Source: the human T2T-CHM13v2.0 reference genome, Homo sapiens. From it: a stretch of DNA of 64,000 nt. This document shows, one piece after another, positions 26,030 to 39,469 of this stretch (its first letter is position 1; every line of letters begins with the position of its first letter). Under the pieces are notes generated by a model, which was not told where the DNA came from, did no database searches, and saw only the letters and a list, made by a program, of their open reading frames with translations. A program made the position numbers and the translations under genes. The stretch lies in the NCBI RefSeq assembly GCF_009914755.1, contig NC_060933.1; one strand, written 5' to 3'.

Positions 26030-27901
26030 CATTCTCAGAAACTTCCTTGTGATGTGTGTACTCAAGTAACAGAGTTGAACCTTCCTTTTGACAGAGCAGT
26101 TTTGAAGCACTCTTTTTGTAGAATCTGCAAGTGGATATTTTGATACCTTTGAGGATTTCGTTGGACACGGGATATCTTCATATAAAATCTAGACAGAAGC
26201 ATTCTCAGAAACTTCTTTGTGCTGTATGTCCTCAATTAACAGAGTTGAACCTTTGTGTGGATACAGCATTTTGGAAACATTCCTTTAGTAGAATCTGCAA
26301 GTTGATATTTAGATAGCTAGGAAGATTTCCTTGGAAACGGGAATATCTTCATATAAAATCTAGACGGAAGCATTCTCAGAAAGTGCTTTGTGATGTTTGC
26401 ATTCAAGTCACAGAGTTGAATATTCCCTTTTATAGAGTAGGTTTGAAACACTCTTTCTGCACTACCTGGAAGTGGACATTTGGAGCGCTTTGAGGCCTAT
26501 GTTGAAAAAGGAAATATCTTCCCATAAAAACTAGACAGAAGCATTCTCAGAAACTTGTTTGTGATGTGTGTATTCAACTAACAGAGATGAACCTTTCTTT
26601 TTACAGAGCAGTTTTGAAACACTCTTTTTGTGGAATCTGAAAGTGGATATTTGGATAGCTTTGAGGATTTCGTTGGAAACGGGATTACATATAAAACCTA
26701 GAGAGAAGCATTCTCAGGAACTTCTTTGTGATGTTTGCCTTCAAGTCACAGGACTGAACATTCCCTTTCATAGAGCAGGTTTGAAACACTCTTTCTGTAG
26801 TATCTGCAAGCTGACGTTTCATGCGCTTTCAGGCCTATGGTGAGAAAGGAAATATCTTCAAGTAAAAACTAGACAGAAGCATTCTCAGAAACTTATTTGC
26901 CATGTGTGTTCTCAACTAACAGAGTTGAACCTTTGTTTTGATACGGCATTTTGGAAACACTCTTTTTGTAGAATCTGCAGGTGGATATTCGGATAGCTTT
27001 GAAGGTTTCGTTGGAAACGGGAATATCTTCATATAAAATCTAGACGGAAGCATTCTCAGAAACTGCTTTGTGATGTTTTCATTCAAGTCACAGTGTAGAA
27101 TGTTCCCTGTTATATACCAGGTTTGAGACACTCTTTCTGCACTACCTGGAAGTGGACGTTTGGAGCGCTTTGAGGCCTATGTTGAAAAAGGAAATATCTT
27201 CCCATAAAAACTAGACAGAAGCATTCTCAGAAACTTGTTTCTGATGTGTGTATTCAACTAACAGAGATGAACCTTTCTTTTTACAGAGTAGTTTTGAAAC
27301 ACTCTTTTTGTGGAATCTGAAAGTGGATATTTGGATAGCTTTGCGGATTTCGTTGGAAACGGGATTACATATAAAATCTAGGGAGAAGCATTCTCAGGAA
27401 CTTCTTTGTGATGTTTGCATTCAAGTCACAGAACTGAACATTCCCTTTCATAGAGCAGGTTTGAAACACTCTTTCTGTAGTATCTGCAAGTGGACGTTTC
27501 AAGCGCTTTCAGGCCTGTGGTGAAAAAGGAAATATCTTCAAATAAAAACTAGACAGAAGCATTCTCAGAAACTTATTTGCGATGTGTGTTCTCAGCTAAC
27601 AGAGTTCAACCTTTGTTTTGATACAGCATTTTGGAAACACTCTTTTTGTAGGATCTGCAGGTGGATATTTGGATAGCTTTGAAGGTTTCTTTGGAAACGG
27701 GAATATCTTCATATAAAATCAAGACAGAAGCATTCTCAGAAACTTCTCTGTTCTGTTTGCATTCAACTCATAGAGTTGAACACTTCCTTTCATAGAGCTG
27801 GTTTGAAATACTCTTTTTGTAATATTTGGAAGTGGACATTTGCAGCGCTTTGAAGCCTATGGTGAAAAAGGAGATATCTTCTCCTAAAAACCAGACAGAA
27901 G
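26030..27901 (+). repeat. HOR U11, 11-mer (copy of U8), 1872 bp
   Basis: Same private variants as U8. Confidence 0.92.
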
Positions 27902-30453
27902 CATTCTCAGAATCTTTCTTGTGATGTGTGTACTCAAGTAACAGAGTTGAATCTTCATTTTGACAGAGCAGTTTTGAAGCACTCTTTTTGTAGAATCTGC
28001 AAGTGGATATTTTGATACCTTTGGGGATTTCGTTAGACACGGGATATCTTCATATAAAATCTAGACAGAAGCATTCTCAGAAACTTCTTTGTGCTGTATG
28101 TCCTCAATTAACAGAGTTGAACCTTTGTGTGGATACAGCATTTTGGAAACATTCCTTTAGTAGAATCTGCAAGTTGATATTTAGATAGCTACGAAGATTT
28201 CCTTGGAAACGGGAATATCTTCATATAAAATCTAGACGGAAGCATTCTCAGAAAGTGCTTTGTGATGTTTGCATTCAAGTCACAGAGTTGAATATTCCCT
28301 TTTATAGAGCAGGTTTGAAACACTCTTTCTGCACTATCTGGAAGTGGACATTTGGAGCGCTTTGAGGCCTATGTTGAAAAAGGAAATATCTTCCCATAAA
28401 AACTAGACAGAAGCATTCTCAGAAACTTGTTTGTGATGTGTGTATTCAACTAACAGAGATGAACCTTTCTTTTTACAGAGCAGTTTTGAAACACTCTTTT
28501 TGTGGAATCTAAAAGTGGATATTTGGATAGCTTTGAGGATTTCGTTGGAAACGGGATTACATATAAAACCTAGAGAGAAGCATTCTCAGGAACTTCTTTG
28601 TGATGTTTGCATTCAAGTCACAGAACTGAACATTCCCTTTCATAGAGCAGGTTTGAAACACTCTTTCTGTAGTATCTGCAAGCTGACGTTTCAAGCGCTT
28701 TCAGGCCTATGGTGAGAACGGAAATATCTTCAAGTAAAAACTAGACAGAAGCATTCTCAGAAACTTATTTGCCATGTGTGTTCTAAACTAACAGAGTTGA
28801 ACCTTTGTTTTGATACGGCATTTTGGAAACACTCTTTTTGTAGAATCTGCAGGTGGATATTCGGATAGCTTTGAAGGTTTCGTTGGAAACGGGAATATCT
28901 TCATATAAAATCTAGACGGAAGCATTCTCAGAAACTGCTTTGTGATGTTTTCATTCAAGTCACAGAGTAGAATGTTCCCTGTTATATACCAGGTTTGAGA
29001 CACTCTTTCTGAACTACCTGGAAGTGGACGTTTGGAGCGCTTTGAGGCCTATGTTGAAAAAGGAAATATCTTCCCATAAAAACTAGACAGAAGCATTCTC
29101 AGAAACTTGTTTGTGATGTGTGTATTCAACTAACAGAGATGAACCTTTCTTTTTACAGAGCAGTTTTGAAACACTCTTTTTGTGGAATCTGAAAGTGGAT
29201 ATTTGGATAGCTTTGAGGATTTCGTTGGAAACGGGATTACATATAAAACCTAGAGAGAAGCATTCTCAGTAACTTCTTTGTGATGTTTGCATTCAAGTCA
29301 CAGAACTGAACATTCCCTTTCATAGAGCAGGTTTGAAACACTCTTTCTGTAGTATCTGCAAGCTGACGTTTCAAGCGCTTTCAGGCCTATGGTGAGAAAG
29401 GAAATATCTTCAAGTAAAAACTAGACAGAAGCATTCTCAGAAACTTATTTGCGATGTGTGTTCTCAACTAACAGAGTTGAACCTTTGTTTTGATATGGCA
29501 TTTTGGAAACACTCTTTTTGTAGAATCTGCAGGTGGATATTCGGATAGCTTTGAAGGTTTCGTTGGAAACGGGAATATCTTCATATAAAATCTAGACGGA
29601 AGCATTCTCAGAAACTGCTTTGTGATGTTTTCATTCAAGTCACAGAGTAGAATGTTCCCTGTTATATACCAGGTTTGAGACACTCTTTCTGCACTACCTG
29701 GAAGTGGACATTTGCAGCGCTTTGAGGCCTATGATGAAAAAGGAAATATCTTCCCATAAAAACTAGACAGAAGCATTCTCAGAAACTTGTTTGTGATGTG
29801 TGTATTCAACTAACAGAGATGAACCTTTCTTTTTACAGAGCAGTTTTGAAACACTCTTTTTGTGGAATCTGAAAGTGGATATTTGGATAGCTTTGAGGAT
29901 TTCGTTGGAAACGGGATTACATATAAAATCTAGAGAGAAGCATTCTCAGGAACTTCTTTGTGATGTTTGCATTCACGTCACAGAACTGAACATTCCCTTT
30001 CATAGAGCATGTTTGAAACACTCTTTCTGTAGTATCTGCAAACGGACATTTCAAACGCTTTCAGGCCTATGGTGAGAAAGGAAATATCTTCAAATAAAAA
30101 CTAGACAGAAGCATTCTCAGAAACTTATTTGCGATGTGTGTCCTCAACTAACAGAGTTGAACCTTTCTTTTGATACAACATTTTGGAAACACTCTTTTTG
30201 TAGAATCTGCAAGTGGATATTTGAATAGCTTTGAAGGTTTCGTTGGAAACGGGAATATCTTCATATAAAATCAAGACAGAAGCATTCTCAGAAACTTCTC
30301 TGTGATGTTTGCATTCAACTCATAGAGTTGAACACTTCCCTTCATACAGCAGGTTTGAAACACTCTTTTTCTAATATTTGGAAGTGGACATTTGCAGCGC
30401 TTTGAGGCCTATGTTGAAAAAGGAAATATCTTCTCCTAAAAACCAGACAGAAG
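27902..30453 (+). repeat. HOR U12, 15-mer with divergent X (XYZ-T1-T2-T3/T4), 2552 bp
   Basis: Anchor spacing; the first part copies U9. Confidence 0.92.
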
Positions 30454-33400
30454 CATTCTCAGAAACTTCCTTGTGATGTGTGTACTCAAGTAACAGAGTT
30501 GAACCTTCCTTTTGACAGAGCAGTTTTGAAGCACTCTTTTTGTAGAATCTGCAAGTGGATATTTTGATACCTTTGAGGATTTCGTTGGACACGGGATATC
30601 TTCATATAAAATCTAGACAGAAGCATTCTCAGAAACTTCTTTGTGCTGTATGTCCTCAATTAACAGAGTTGAACCTTTGTGTGGATACAGCATTTTGGAA
30701 ACATTCCTTTAGTAGAATCTGCAAGTTGATATTTAGATAGCTAGGAAGATTTCCTTGGAAACGGGAATATCTTCATATAAAATCTAGACGGAAGCATTCT
30801 CAGAAAGTGCTTTGTGATGTTTGCATTCAAGTCACAGAGTTGAATATTCCCTTTTATAGAGCAGGTTTGAAACACTCTTTCTGCACTACCTGGAAGTGGA
30901 CATTTGGAGCGCTTTGAGGCCTATGTTGAAAAAGGAAATATCATCCCATAAAAACTAGACAGAAGCATTCTCAGAAACTTGTTTGTGATGTGTGTATTCA
31001 ACTAACAGAGATGAACCTTTCTTTTTACAGAGCAGTTTTGAAACACTCTTTTTGTGGAATCTGAAAGTGGATATTTGGATAGCTTTGAGGATTTCGTTGG
31101 AAACGGGATTACATATAAAACCTAGAGAGAAGCATTCTCAGGAACTTCTTTGTGATGTTTGCATTCAAGTCACAGAACTGAACATTCCCTTTCATAGAGC
31201 AGGTTTGAAACACTCTTTCTGTAGTATCTGCAAGCGGACGTTTCAAGCACTTTCAGGCCTATGGTGAGAAAGGAAATATCTTCAAGTAAAAACTAGACAG
31301 AAGCATTCTCAGAAACTTATTTGCCATGTGTGTTCTCAACTAACAGAGTTGAACCTTTGTTTTGATACGGCATTTTGGAAACACTCTTTTTGTAGAATCT
31401 GCAGGTGGATATTCGGATAGCTTTGAAGGTTTCGTTGGAAACGGGAATATCTTCATATAAAATCTAGACGGAAGCATTCTCATAAACTGCTTTGTGATGT
31501 TTTCATTCAAGTCACAGAGTAGAATGTTCCCTGTAATATACCAGGTTTGAGACACTCTTTCTGCACTACCTGGAAGTGGACGTTTGGAGCGCTTTGAGGC
31601 CTATGTTGAAAAAGGAAATATCTTCCCATAAAAACTAGACAGAAGCATTCTTAGAAACTTGTTTTTGATGTGTGTATTCAACTAACAGAGATGAACCTTT
31701 CTTTTTACAGAGCAGTTTTGAAACAGTCTTTTTGTGGAATCTGAAAGTGGATATTTGGATAGCTTTGAGGATTTCGTTGGAAACGGGATTACATATAAAA
31801 CCTAGAGAGAAGCATTCTCAGGAACTGCTTTGTGATGTTTGCATTCAAGTCACAGAACTGAACATTCCCTTTCATAGAGCAGGTTTGAAACACTCTTTCT
31901 GTAGTATCTGCAAGCTGACGTTTCAAGCGCTTTCAGGCCTATGGTGAGAAAGGAAATATCTTCAAGTAAAAACTAGACAGAAGCATTCTCAGAAACTTAT
32001 TTGTGATGTGTGTTCTCAACTAACAGAGTTGAACCTTTGTTTTGATATGGCATTTTGGAAACACTCTTTTTGTAGAATCTGCAGGTGGATATTCGGATAG
32101 CTTTGAAGGTTTCGTTGGAAACGGGAATATCTTCAAATAAAATCTAGACGGAAGCATTCTCAGAAACTGCTTTGTGATGTTTTCATTCAAGTCACAGAGT
32201 AGAATGTTCCCTGTTATATACCAGGTTTGAGACACTCTTTCTGCACTACCTGGAAGTGGACATTTGCAGCGCTTTGAGGCCTATGATGAAAAAGGAAATA
32301 TCTTCCCATAAAAACTAGACAGAAGCATTCTCAGAAACTTGTTTGTGATGTGTGTATTCAACTAACAGAGATGAACCTTTCTTTTTACAGAGCAGTTTTG
32401 AAACACTCTTTTTGTGGAATCTGAAAGTGGATATTTGGATAGCTTTGAGGATTTCTTTGGAAACGGGATTACATATAAAATCTAGAGAGAAGCATTCTCA
32501 GGAACTTCTTTGTGATGTTTGCATTCACGTCACAGAACTGAACATTCCCTTTCATAGAGCATGTTTGAAACACTCTTTCTGTAGTATCTGCAAACGGACA
32601 TTTCAAACGCTTTCAGGCCTATGGTGAGAAAGGAAATATCTTCAAATAAAAACTAGACAGAAGCATTCTCAGAAACTTATTTGCGATGTGTGTCCTCAAC
32701 TAACAGAGTTGAACCTTTCTTTTGATACAACATTTTGGAAACACTCTTTTTGTAGAATCTGCAAGTGGATATTTGAATAGCTTTGAAGGTTTCGTTGGAA
32801 ACGGGAATATCTTCATATAAAATCAAGACAGAAGCATTCTCAGAAACTTCTCTGTGATGTTTGCATTCAACTCATAGAGTTGAACACTTCCCTTCATACA
32901 GCAGGATTGAAACACTCTTTTTGTAATATTTGGAAGTGGACATTTTCAGCGCTTTGAGGCCTATGATGAAAAAGGTAATATCTTCCCATAAAAACTAGAC
33001 AGAAGCATTCTCAGAAACTTGTTTGTGATGTGTGTATTCAACTAACAGAGATGAACCTTTCTTTTTACAGAGCAGTTTTGAAACACTCTTTTTGTGGAAT
33101 CTGAAAGTGGATATTTGGATAGCTTTGCGGATTTCGTTGGAAACGGGATTACATATAAAATCTAGGGAGAAGCATTCTCAGGAACTTCTTTGTGATGTTT
33201 GCATTCAAGTCACAGAACTGAACATTCCCTTTCATAGAGCATGTTTGAAACACTCTTTCTGTAGTATCTGCAAGCGGACGTTTTAAGCGCTTTCAGGCCT
33301 GTGGTGAGAAAGGAAATATCTTCAAATAAAAACTAGACAGAAGCATTCTCAGAAACTTATTTGCGATGTGTGTCCTCAACTAACAGAGTTGAACCTTTCT

Positions 33401-33685
33401 TTTGATACAACATTTTGGAAACACTCTTTTTGTAGAATCTGCAAGTGGATATTTGGATAGCTTTGAAGGTTTCGTTGGAAACGGGAATATCTTCATATGA
33501 AATCAAGACAGAAGCATTCTCAGAAACTTCTCTGTGATGTTTGCATTCAACTCATAGAGTTGAACACTTCCCTTCATACAGCAGGTTTGAAACACTCTTT
33601 TTCTAATATTTGGAAGTGGACATTTGCAGCGCTTTGAGGCCTATGTTGAAAAAGGAAATATCTTCTCCTAAAAACCAGACAGAAG
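30454..33685 (+). repeat. HOR U13, 19-mer, 3232 bp
   Basis: Anchor spacing and four tetramers. Confidence 0.93.
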
Positions 33686-36600
33686 CATTCTCAGAAACTT
33701 CCTTGTGATGTGTGTACTCAAGTAACAGAGTTGAACCTTCCTTTTGACAGAGCAGTTTTGAAGCACTCTTTTTGTAGAATCTGCAAGTGGATATTTTGAT
33801 ACCTTTGAGGATTTCGTTGGACACGGGATATCTTCATATAAAATCTAGACAGAAGCATTCTCAGAAACTTCTTTGTGCTGTATGTCCTCAATTAACAGAG
33901 TTGAACCTTTGTGTGGATACAGCATTTTGGAAACATTCCTTTAGTAGAATCTGCAAGTTGATATTTAGATAGCTAGGAAGATTTCCTTGGAAACGGGAAT
34001 ATCTTCATATAAAATCTAGACGGAAGCATTCTCAGAAAGTGCTTTGTGATGTTTGCATTCAAGTCACAGAGTTGAATATTCCCTTTTATAGAGCAGGTTT
34101 GAAACACTCTTTCTGCACTACCTGGAAGTGGACATTTGGAGCGCTTTGAGGCCTATGTTGAAAAAGGAAATATCTTCCCATAAAAACTAGACAGAAGCAT
34201 TCTCAGAAACTTGTTTGTGATGTGTGTATTCAACTAACAGAGATGAACCTTTCTTTTTACAGAGCAGTTTTGAAACACTCTTTTTGTGGAATCTGAAAGT
34301 GGATATTTGGATAGCTTTGAGGATTTCGTTGGAAACGGGATTACATATAAAACCTAGAGAGAAGCATTCTCAGGAACTTCTTTGTGATGTTTGCATTCAA
34401 GTCACAGAACTGAACATTCCCTTTCATAGAGCAGGTTTGAAACACTCTTTCTGTAGTATCTGCAAGCTGACGTTTCAAGCGCTTTCAGGCCTATGGTGAG
34501 AAAGGAAATATCTTCAAGTAAAAACTAGACAGAAGCATTCTCAGAAACTTATTTGCCATGTGTGTTCTCAACTAACAGAGTTGAACCTTTGTTTTGATAC
34601 GGCATTTTGGAAACACTCTTTTTGTAGAATCTGCAGGTGGATATTCGGATAGCTTTGAAGGTTTCGTTGGAAACGGGAATATCTTCATATAAAATCTAGA
34701 CGGAAGCATTCTCAGAAACTGCTTTGTGATGTTTTCATTCAAGTCACAGAGTAGAATGTTCCCTGTTATATACCAGGTTTGAGACACTCTTTCTGCACTA
34801 CCTGGAAGTGGACGTTTGGAGCGTTTTGAGGCCTATGTTGAAAAAGGAAATATCTTCCCATAAAAACTAGACAGAAGCATTCTCAGAAACTTGTTTTTGA
34901 TGTGTGTATTCAACTAACAGAGATGAACCTTTCTTTTTACAGAGCAGTTTTGAAACACTCTTTTTGTGGAATCTGAAAGTGGATATTTGGATAGCTTTGA
35001 GGATTTCGTTGGAAACGGGATTACATATAAAACCTAGAGAGAAGCATTCTCAGGAACTGCTTTGTGATGTTTGCATTCAAGTCACAGAACTGAACATTCC
35101 CTTTCATAGAGCAGGTTTGAAACACTCTTTCTGTAGTATCTGCAAGGTGACGTTTCAAGCGCTTTCAGGCCTATGGTGAGAAAGGAAATATCTTCAAGTA
35201 AAAACTAGACAGAAGCATTCTCAGAAACTTATTTGCGATGTGTGTTCTCAACTAACAGAGTTGAACCTTTGTTTTGATATGGCATTTTGGAAACACTCTT
35301 TTTGTAGAATCTGCAGGTGGATATTCGGATAGCTTTGAAGGTTTCGTTGGAAACGGGAATATCTTCATATAAAATCTAGACGGAAGCATTCTCAGAAACT
35401 GCTTTGTGATGTTTTCATTCAAGTCACAGAGTAGAATGTTCCCTGTTATATACCAGGTTTGAGACACTCTTTCTGCACTACCTGGAAGTGGACATTTGCA
35501 GCGCTTTGAGGCCTATGATGAAAAAGGAAATATCTTCCCATAAAAACTAGACAGAAGCATTCTCAGAAACTTGTTTGTGATGTGTGTATTCAACTAACAG
35601 AGATGAACCTTTCTTTTTACAGAGCAGTTTTGAAACACTCTTTTTGTGGAATCTGAAAGTGGATATTTGGATAGCTTTGAGGATTTCGTTGGAAACGGGA
35701 TTACATATAAAATCTAGAGAGAAGCATTCTCAGGAACTTCTTTGTGATGTTTGCATTCACGTCACAGAACTGAACATTCCCTTTCATAGAGCATGTTTGA
35801 AACACTCTTTCTGTAGTATCTGCAAACGGACATTTCAAACGCTTTCAGGCCTATGGTGAGAAAGGAAATATCTTCAAATAAAAACTAGACAGAAGCATTC
35901 TCAGAAACTTATTTGCGATGTGTGTCCTCAACTAACAGAGTTGAACCTTTCTTTTGATACAACATTTTGGAAACACTCTTTTTGTAGAATCTGCAAGTGG
36001 ATATTTGAATAGCTTTGAAGGTTTCGTTGGAAACGGGAATATCTTCATATAAAATCAAGACAGAAGCATTCTCAGAAACTTCTCTGTGATGTTTGCATTC
36101 AACTCATAGAGTTGAACACTTCCCTTCATACAGCAGGATTGAAACACTCTTTTTGTAATATTTGGAAGTGGACATTTTCAGCGCTTTGAGGCCTATGATG
36201 AAAAAGGTAATATCTTCCCATAAAAACTAGACAGAAGCATTCTCAGAAACTTGTTTGTGATGTGTGTATTCAACTAACAGAGATGAACCTTTCTTTTTAC
36301 AGAGCAGTTTTGAAACACTCTTTTTGTGGAATCTGAAAGTGGATATTTGGATAGCTTTGCGGATTTCGTTGGAAACGGGATTACATATAAAATCTAGGGA
36401 GAAGCATTCTCAGGAACTTCTTTGTGATGTTTGCATTCAAGTCACAGAACTGAACATTCCCTTTCATAGAGCATGTTTGAAACACTCTTTCTGTAGTATC
36501 TGCAAGCGGACGTTTTAAGCGCTTTCAGGCCTGTGGTGAGAAAGGAAATATCTTCAAATAAAAACTAGACAGAAGCATTCTCAGAAACTTATTTGCGATG

Positions 36601-36917
36601 TGTGTCCTCAACTAACAGAGTTGAACCTTTCTTTTGATACAACATTTTGGAAACACTCTTTTTGTAGAATCTGCAAGTGGATATTTGGATAGCTTTGAAG
36701 GTTTCGTTGGAAACGGGAATATCTTCATATGAAATCAAGACAGAAGCATTCTCAGAAACTTCTCTGTGATGTTTGCATTCAACTCATAGAGTTGAACACT
36801 TCCCTTCATACAGCAGGTTTGAAACACTCTTTTTCTAATATTTGGAAGTGGACATTTGCAGCGCTTTGAGGCCTATGTTGAAAAAGGAAATATCTTCTCC
36901 TAAAAACCAGACAGAAG
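33686..36917 (+). repeat. HOR U14, 19-mer, 3232 bp
   Basis: Anchor spacing and four tetramers. Confidence 0.93.
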
Positions 36918-39469
36918 CATTCTCAGAAACTTCCTTGTGATGTGTGTACTCAAGTAACAGAGTTGAACCTTCCTTTTGACAGAGCAGTTTTGAAGCACTC
37001 TTTTTGTAGAATCTGCAAGTGGATATTTTGATACCTTTGAGGATTTCGTTGGACACGGGATATCTTCATATAAAATCTAGACAGAAGCATTCTCAGAAAC
37101 TTCTTTGTGCTGTATGTCCTCAATTAACAGAGTTGAACCTTTGTGTGGATACAGCATTTTGGAAACATTCCTTTAGTAGAATCTGCAAGTTGATATTTAG
37201 ATAGCTAGGAAGATTTCCTTGGAAACGGGAATATCTTCATATAAAATCTAGACGGAAGCATTCTCAGAAAGTGCTTTGTGATGTTTGCATTCAAGTCACA
37301 GAGTTGAATATTCCCTTTTATAGAGCAGGTTTGAAACACTCTTTCTGCACTACCTGGAAGTGGACATTTGGAGCGCTTTGAGGCCTATGTTGAAAAAGGA
37401 AATATCTTCCCATAAAAACTAGACAGAAGCATTCTCAGAAACTTGTTTGTGATGTGTGTATTCAACTAACAGAGATGAACCTTTCTTTTTACAGAGCAGT
37501 TTTGAAACACTCTTTTTGTGGAATCTGAAAGTGGATATTTGGATAGCTTTGAGGATTTCGTTGGAAACGGGATTACATATAAAACCTAGAGAGAAGCATT
37601 CTCAGGAACTTCTTTGTGATGTTTGCATTCAAGGCACAGAACTGAACATTCCCTTTCATAGAGCAGGTTTGAAACACTCTTTCTGTAGTATCTGCAAGCT
37701 GACGTTTCAAGCGCTTTCAAGGCTATGGTGAGAAAGGAAATATCTTCAAGTAAAAACTAGACAGAAGCATTCTCAGAAACTTATTTGCCATGTGTGTTCT
37801 CAACTAACAGAGTTGAACCTTTGTTTTGATACGGCATTTTGGAAACACTCTTTTTGTAGAATCTGCAGGTGGATATTCGGATAGCTTTGAAGGTTTCGTT
37901 GGAAACGGGAATATCTTCATATAAAATCTAGACGGAAGCATTCTCAGAAACTGCTTTGTGATGTTTTCATTCAAGTCACAGAGTAGAATGTTCCCTGTTA
38001 TATACCAGGTTTGAGACACTCTTTCTGCACTACCTGGAAGTGGACATTTGCAGCGCTTTGAGGCCTATGATGAAAAAGGAAATATCTTCCCATAAAAACT
38101 AGACAGAAGCATTCTCAGAAACTTGTTTGTGATGTGTGTATTCAACTAACAGAGATGAACCTTTCTTTTTACAGAGCAGTTTTGAAACACTCTTTTTGTG
38201 GAATCTGAAAGTGGATATTTGGATAGCTTTGAGGATTTCGTTGGAAACGGGATTACATATAAAATCTAGAGAGAAGCATTCTCAGGAACTTCTTTGTGAT
38301 GTTTGCATTCACGTCACAGAACTGAACATTCCCTTTCATAGAGCATGTTTGAAACACTCTTTCTGTAGTATCTGCAAACGGACATTTCAAACGCTTTCAG
38401 GCCTATGGTGAGAAAGGAAATATCTTCAAATAAAAACTAGACAGAAGCATTCTCAGAAACTTATTTGCGATGTGTGTCCTCAACTAACAGAGTTGAACCT
38501 TTCTTTTGATACAACATTTTGGAAACACTCTTTTTGTAGAATCTGCAAGTGGATATTTGAATAGCTTTGAAGGTTTCGTTGGAAACGGGAATATCTTCAT
38601 ATAAAATCAAGACAGAAGCATTCTCAGAAACTTCTCTGTGATGTTTGCATTCAACTCATAGAGTTGAACACTTCCCTTCATACAGCAGGATTGAAACACT
38701 CTTTTTGTAATATTTGGAAGTGGACATTTTCAGCGCTTTGAGGCCTATGATGAAAAAGGTAATATCTTCCCATAAAAACTAGACAGAAGCATTCTCAGAA
38801 ACTTGTTTGTGATGTGTGTATTCAACTAACAGAGATGAACCTTTCTTTTTACAGAGCAGTTTTGAAACACTCTTTTTGTGGAATCTGAAAGTGGATATTT
38901 GGATAGCTTTGCGGATTTCGTTGGAAACGGGATTACATATAAAATCTAGGGAGAAGCATTCTCAGGAACTTCTTTGTGATGTTTGCATTCAAGTCACAGA
39001 ACTGAACATTCCCTTTCATAGAGCATGTTTGAAACACTCTTTCTGTAGTATCTGCAAGCGGACGTTTTAAGCGCTTTCAGGCCTGTGGTGAGAAAGGAAA
39101 TATCTTCAAATAAAAACTAGACAGAAGCATTCTCAGAAACTTATTTGCGATGTGTGTCCTCAACTAACAGAGTTGAACCTTTCTTTTGATACAACATTTT
39201 GGAAACACTCTTTTTGTAGAATCTGCAAGTGGATATTTGGATAGCTTTGAAGGTTTCGTTGGAAACGGGAATATCTTCATATGAAATCAAGACAGAAGCA
39301 TTCTCAGAAACTTCTCTGTGATGTTTGCATTCAACTCATAGAGTTGAACACTTCCCTTCATACAGCAGGTTTGAAACACTCTTTTTCTAATATTTGGAAG
39401 TGGACATTTGCAGCGCTTTGAGGCCTATGTTGAAAAAGGAAATATCTTCTCCTAAAAACCAGACAGAAG
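36918..39469 (+). repeat. HOR U15, 15-mer (XYZ-T1/T2-T3-T4), 2552 bp
   Basis: Anchor spacing; private markers CAAGGCAC and TTCAAGGCT. Confidence 0.92.
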
